Below are positions 60,538-64,000 of a stretch of 64,000 bases of DNA, piece after piece. The notes below the pieces were generated by a model. It was not told the DNA's origin, made no database searches, and saw only the letters and a program-made list of their open reading frames with translations. Position 1 is the first letter of the stretch, and each line of letters starts with the position of its first letter. The stretch covers positions 64,001 to 128,000 of IMG/VR virus record IMGVR_UViG_3300005683_000016; one strand, written 5' to 3'. This DNA is from a virus. The position numbers and the translations under genes were made by a program.

Positions 60538-61143
60538 ATGCAAAAAATACTACCGATTGAAGAATCTGCTTTTATTCTTAGTAGAACGTTTTCTGGAGTA
60601 ATGAATGGTTCTTTCTATGGAACAGAAGATTGGTTAGCACCAATAGGATTAGGATTTACCCTAATCTTTACTTGGATCAGTCTTAGACGTACTAAGAAAC
60701 AGAGAAAAAGAGCAGGAAAGAAAAACAACTTTCTTTGGTGGTTGTCCTTAATAGGATCTTTACTGAGTACCTTATGTGTATTTTTAGCATTTGTGTTTCC
60801 TCCTCTAATGTTTGATGTCCACTTATTTACTCTTTTAGCACAGACTTTTCAAACATTGGGAATGTTTCTTAATAACCCTAAAAAGTGGTGGAGATTGATC
60901 TTATTAGTAACTCCTGCTGTGTTTTTTCAAAAACTCTTTATTAATCTTTTGGGAGGAAATCCTTGGTATTATCAAGGAACTAATGTGAATTCAGGTGCTT
61001 ACTACTCAATATTCGGAATTAAAATTCCAAGGTTATTTAACGGAAACATGGGGTTCAGACTGGCCTTAACTGTGTTCAATCTAATAATTCTAATTTTTAG
61101 TTATCATGACAAAGGTTCTAAACCAACAGCAAAAAACTCCTGA
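60538..61143 (+). CDS. Multi-pass membrane protein
   Basis: Several TM segments; likely start MQKILP. Confidence 0.6.
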   Translation: MQKILPIEESAFILSRTFSGVMNGSFYGTEDWLAPIGLGFTLIFTWISLRRTKKQRKRAGKKNNFLWWLSLIGSLLSTLCVFLAFVFPPLMFDVHLFTLLAQTFQTLGMFLNNPKKWWRLILLVTPAVFFQKLFINLLGGNPWYYQGTNVNSGAYYSIFGIKIPRLFNGNMGFRLALTVFNLIILIFSYHDKGSKPTAKNS

Positions 61144-61244
61144 TTGGCTTGCTTATCTAATGCTAATTAGTCTGCTACTTTTTTTAGGTATCTCACGGTG
61201 TAATCAAGAGAAATTATTTAACAAGTTTGAAGAAAAGTATATTA

Positions 61245-61649
61245 ATGAATAAATGGGATCAACTATTTATAGACATTGCTATTAGAATGTCTAAAGAAAG
61301 TAAATCTAAAAGACTTCAAGTAGGTGCTGTTGCAGTTAAAAATAATCACATTCTTGTATGTTCTTATAACGGAACTGTTGCTCATTACGGTGATGAAGTC
61401 TTAGAGGATGAGAACGGTAATACTAAACCAGATGTACTTCACAGTGAAGAAAATCTTGTAGCACAAGCAGCAATACATGGTATTAGTTTAAAAGGTGCTA
61501 CGGTTTACTGCACCCATAACTGTTGTCGTCATTGTGCATCTGTTCTCGGACAAGTAGGTATTTCAGAATTTAAATATCTTGAAGAATATCGTGATCTTTC
61601 TGGAATAGAAAAACTTAAACAATATAACATTAAAGTAACAAAACTATGA
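61245..61649 (+). CDS. dCMP deaminase
   Basis: RLQVGAV, YNG, HSEEN, CRHC zinc motifs. Confidence 0.85.
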   Translation: MNKWDQLFIDIAIRMSKESKSKRLQVGAVAVKNNHILVCSYNGTVAHYGDEVLEDENGNTKPDVLHSEENLVAQAAIHGISLKGATVYCTHNCCRHCASVLGQVGISEFKYLEEYRDLSGIEKLKQYNIKVTKL

Positions 61650-62026
61650 ATCGAGATAGATTTAAATTTAGAGCGTGGGATCAAAGGTTGAAAAAAATAG
61701 TTTATCCTGACGTATTAACTCATAGTATTAATCTTGGGTTGTTTATACAAAAAGCATTTGACTTTACAACTGGTGATTTTTATTACCCGTTTGACAGTGA
61801 TCTTATTCTAATGCAGTCCACAGGACTTAAAGATTCTGAAGGAACACTTATTTACGAAGGGGATGTTATAGAAATAAACTATTGTTCCAAGCATTACACT
61901 GTTGTTTTTAGAGGAATAGGATTCTGGTTTGTAGATGAGGAAGATGATGGATTTGTATTCGTAACTCCTACTTATTTTATCAAAGTAATTGGAAATATTT
62001 ATGAAAATCCAAGCCTTAAACATTAG
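61646..62026 (+). CDS. YopX family protein
   Basis: FKFRAWD, LMQSTGLKD..G..IYEGD, VIGNIYENP. Confidence 0.9.
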   Translation: MNRDRFKFRAWDQRLKKIVYPDVLTHSINLGLFIQKAFDFTTGDFYYPFDSDLILMQSTGLKDSEGTLIYEGDVIEINYCSKHYTVVFRGIGFWFVDEEDDGFVFVTPTYFIKVIGNIYENPSLKH

Positions 62027-62465
62027 AAATAAAGTTGCATTTATCAACTCTTTAGACCTTACTCATATTCCTTCTAAAAATGTGGCCATTATAAAGAAAC
62101 TTCCTTGTAAAAAACATCAAGGATGTTCAAGAATAGTAATCTATCTAAATGATAAGTGGGTATTGAAAGTTGCTAAAAATGATTCAGGATTATACGACAA
62201 TTATTCAGAGTGGCTGACTTACAACCTATGTAACAAGTATGAAAGAAGATTTCTGTGTAAAGTATTAAAACTTGGGTCAGGTTATACGTGGATTATACAA
62301 GAAAGGGTTTTACATAAAAAAAGAAGAGAGATGAATCAATCACATAGAATCGCCAAAGATATAAAAAACAACGTTCAAAGTCTTCGTCATCGTAGTACCT
62401 TAGAATTGTCACAATTAGGTAAAACAAAAAACAGTAAATATTATAAAATTTACGACTATGCTTAA
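62001..62465 (+). CDS. Protein-kinase-like fold protein (paralogue of 30063)
   Basis: GCSRIV, VLKVAK, N..E, WIIQERV, IYDYA. Confidence 0.6.
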   Translation: MKIQALNIRNKVAFINSLDLTHIPSKNVAIIKKLPCKKHQGCSRIVIYLNDKWVLKVAKNDSGLYDNYSEWLTYNLCNKYERRFLCKVLKLGSGYTWIIQERVLHKKRREMNQSHRIAKDIKNNVQSLRHRSTLELSQLGKTKNSKYYKIYDYA

Positions 62466-62608
62466 TAAAGAGGAACTTATAAACGTTTTTGATGATTTTA
62501 TAAATGAAAATGGTTTATGGGATGTATTTATAGAGTACTTGAATAAGTTAGGTTATTCTGAAGAAGAAATTTATGAAATTGAAGATTTTTTAAATAAACT
62601 TTAAAACT

Positions 62609-63214
62609 ATGTTCAACGAAGTAAAATCAGCATTTGAATCTATCGTATCTCATCAAGGATACGCTACTACTTCTCAAATCTATAAGAAACTTACTCAAGA
62701 TGGAGTCAAAACAACTCCTTTTGAAGTAAGCCAAGTTCTTAAAGAGAATAAAGTTTACTATATTCCCGGATCAAATCCTCGTAAATGGAGCAAGATTCTA
62801 ACCTCTAAAAGTCAAATTAAAGCAGAGTTGGTAAACTTTGTGACCATGTGGGATCATAGTAAACCCATCACTACTAAAGTTGTACGAAAGTATCTTGAGG
62901 CTCTCAATGTGATTTATACTAAGAAAGAATTTGAATATACCTTTGGAGATTTCTTTGAATTTACTGGAATTTACAATCGGGAAAATCACAAACAATATCG
63001 TTATCGTAAACCAGAAACTCATTTCAGTGAGTCAAAGGGAGAAGTTATGGATATTAATGAGATGCACCCTGATCACATCTACAAGACAATTCAAAAGAAA
63101 TATCCTCATGTCCTTGTTAAGGACGCTTTCACCAGATCGTCAGAAATCTTTCAACTCCTAAAAGCCTATTTTATTTACGACATTAAGATGACGATTAAAA
63201 ACTGGTTAAAATAA
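62609..63214 (+). CDS. Hypothetical protein
   Basis: ORF track. Confidence 0.65.
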   Translation: MFNEVKSAFESIVSHQGYATTSQIYKKLTQDGVKTTPFEVSQVLKENKVYYIPGSNPRKWSKILTSKSQIKAELVNFVTMWDHSKPITTKVVRKYLEALNVIYTKKEFEYTFGDFFEFTGIYNRENHKQYRYRKPETHFSESKGEVMDINEMHPDHIYKTIQKKYPHVLVKDAFTRSSEIFQLLKAYFIYDIKMTIKNWLK

Positions 63215-64000
63215 ATGATAAAAGAGGTTTATAAGAAACCACAAATAAGAAAGTCTGGAAGAAGTTCTGATTACATTTCTCCTTCTTTTATTTACGGATG
63301 TTTATACAAATGTGCATATTGTTATTGTCAACGTTATACTGATGATATTTCTATTGGAACTAATGCAGATCAACTACTTACTTGTATTGATAAGCATGTT
63401 GCTTCCTTAGGAGAAAGGAAACCTAATCAAACTCACGATAAGTATTGGACTTATGATATAGGTTGTAACACAGATATTCCTTTAATGTGGAAATATTATG
63501 ATTGGTTGAAAGTGTTTGATTTTTTTAAAAATCATCCAAGAGCATTTGGTACATTTGCTACTAAACGTGTCAATCCACAACTCTTAGAGTATAATCCAGA
63601 TAGGAAACTCAGGATTAGGTTTAGTTTGATGCCACAACAGTTATCTTATTTGTTGGAACCTAATACATCCTTAATTCAAGATAGAATTAATGCTATTGAA
63701 GATTTCTATAAGGCTGGATACGACGTTCATGTAAACTTTTCCCCTGTCATTATTAACTCTGAAAGTAAAGAACTTTACAGAGAATTATTCCATCAACTTA
63801 ATTCTATTCCAGACTATCTTAAAGAGCATGTAAAAGCAGAAGTAATTATGCTTACACATAATGAAGGAAAGCACTTAAAGAATTTAGAAGCAGGAAGAAT
63901 AGAGGAGGAAGAGTTACTTTGGGTTCCAGAAAGACAAGAATCTAAAATTAGTTCTTATGGTAATGAAAATCTTCGATATAAACGAGAGTTGAAATACCAA
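63215..64000 (+). CDS. Spore photoproduct lyase-like radical SAM protein (partial)
   Basis: Manual translation MIKEVYKKPQIRKSGRSSDYISPSFIYGCLYKCAYCY; CxxxCxxC; FATK, RIRFSL, VHVNFSPV; runs off window. Confidence 0.8.
   Translation, partial: MIKEVYKKPQIRKSGRSSDYISPSFIYGCLYKCAYCYCQRYTDDISIGTNADQLLTCIDKHVASLGERKPNQTHDKYWTYDIGCNTDIPLMWKYYDWLKVFDFFKNHPRAFGTFATKRVNPQLLEYNPDRKLRIRFSLMPQQLSYLLEPNTSLIQDRINAIEDFYKAGYDVHVNFSPVIINSESKELYRELFHQLNSIPDYLKEHVKAEVIMLTHNEGKHLKNLEAGRIEEEELLWVPERQESKISSYGNENLRYKRELKYQ

Noticed and set aside
30585-63290. Other CTGATGA occurrences as hammerheads
   Set aside because: They lie inside CDSs and lack stem II, GAAA and closing stems.
1-64000. Stop-codon reassignment as in some crAss-like phages
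   Set aside because: Long genes are uninterrupted in code 11, and TAG/TGA end several ORFs at normal boundaries.

Overview
AT-rich 64-kb segment of a large lytic Bacteroidota-infecting dsDNA phage, probably crAss-like. Support: RepL, an HU/IHF-like gene, PolB, DnaB, AAA ATPase, primase, rIIA/rIIB-like pair, and Bacteroidota TAnnTTTG promoter elements. Standard code 11 (TAG used as stop). Positions 1-~10,060 are a minus-strand block; from ~10,060 on, genes are almost all on the plus strand: an early/anti-defence region, a glycosylation cluster, then replication and nucleotide metabolism genes. The most striking part is RNA-level. (i) A 2.1-kb region with no credible ORF (13.6-15.7 kb) holds four tandem large structured RNAs; two are ~440-nt paralogues with identical core blocks and compensatory pairing, and three end in the same AAUUGUGC-hairpin-ACA motif. 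(ii) A type III hammerhead ribozyme. (iii) A tRNA-like gene with no D arm and a D-loop-like sequence in the variable-arm position. (iv) A group IA2 intron that splits the DEAD box of an SF2 helicase and seems to lack P9. Anti-defence candidates: an AcrIII-1 (DUF1874) ring nuclease, an EAD11-like decoy domain and a macrodomain. Eight homing endonucleases are present. All family assignments come from motif recognition by eye; no database searches were run.
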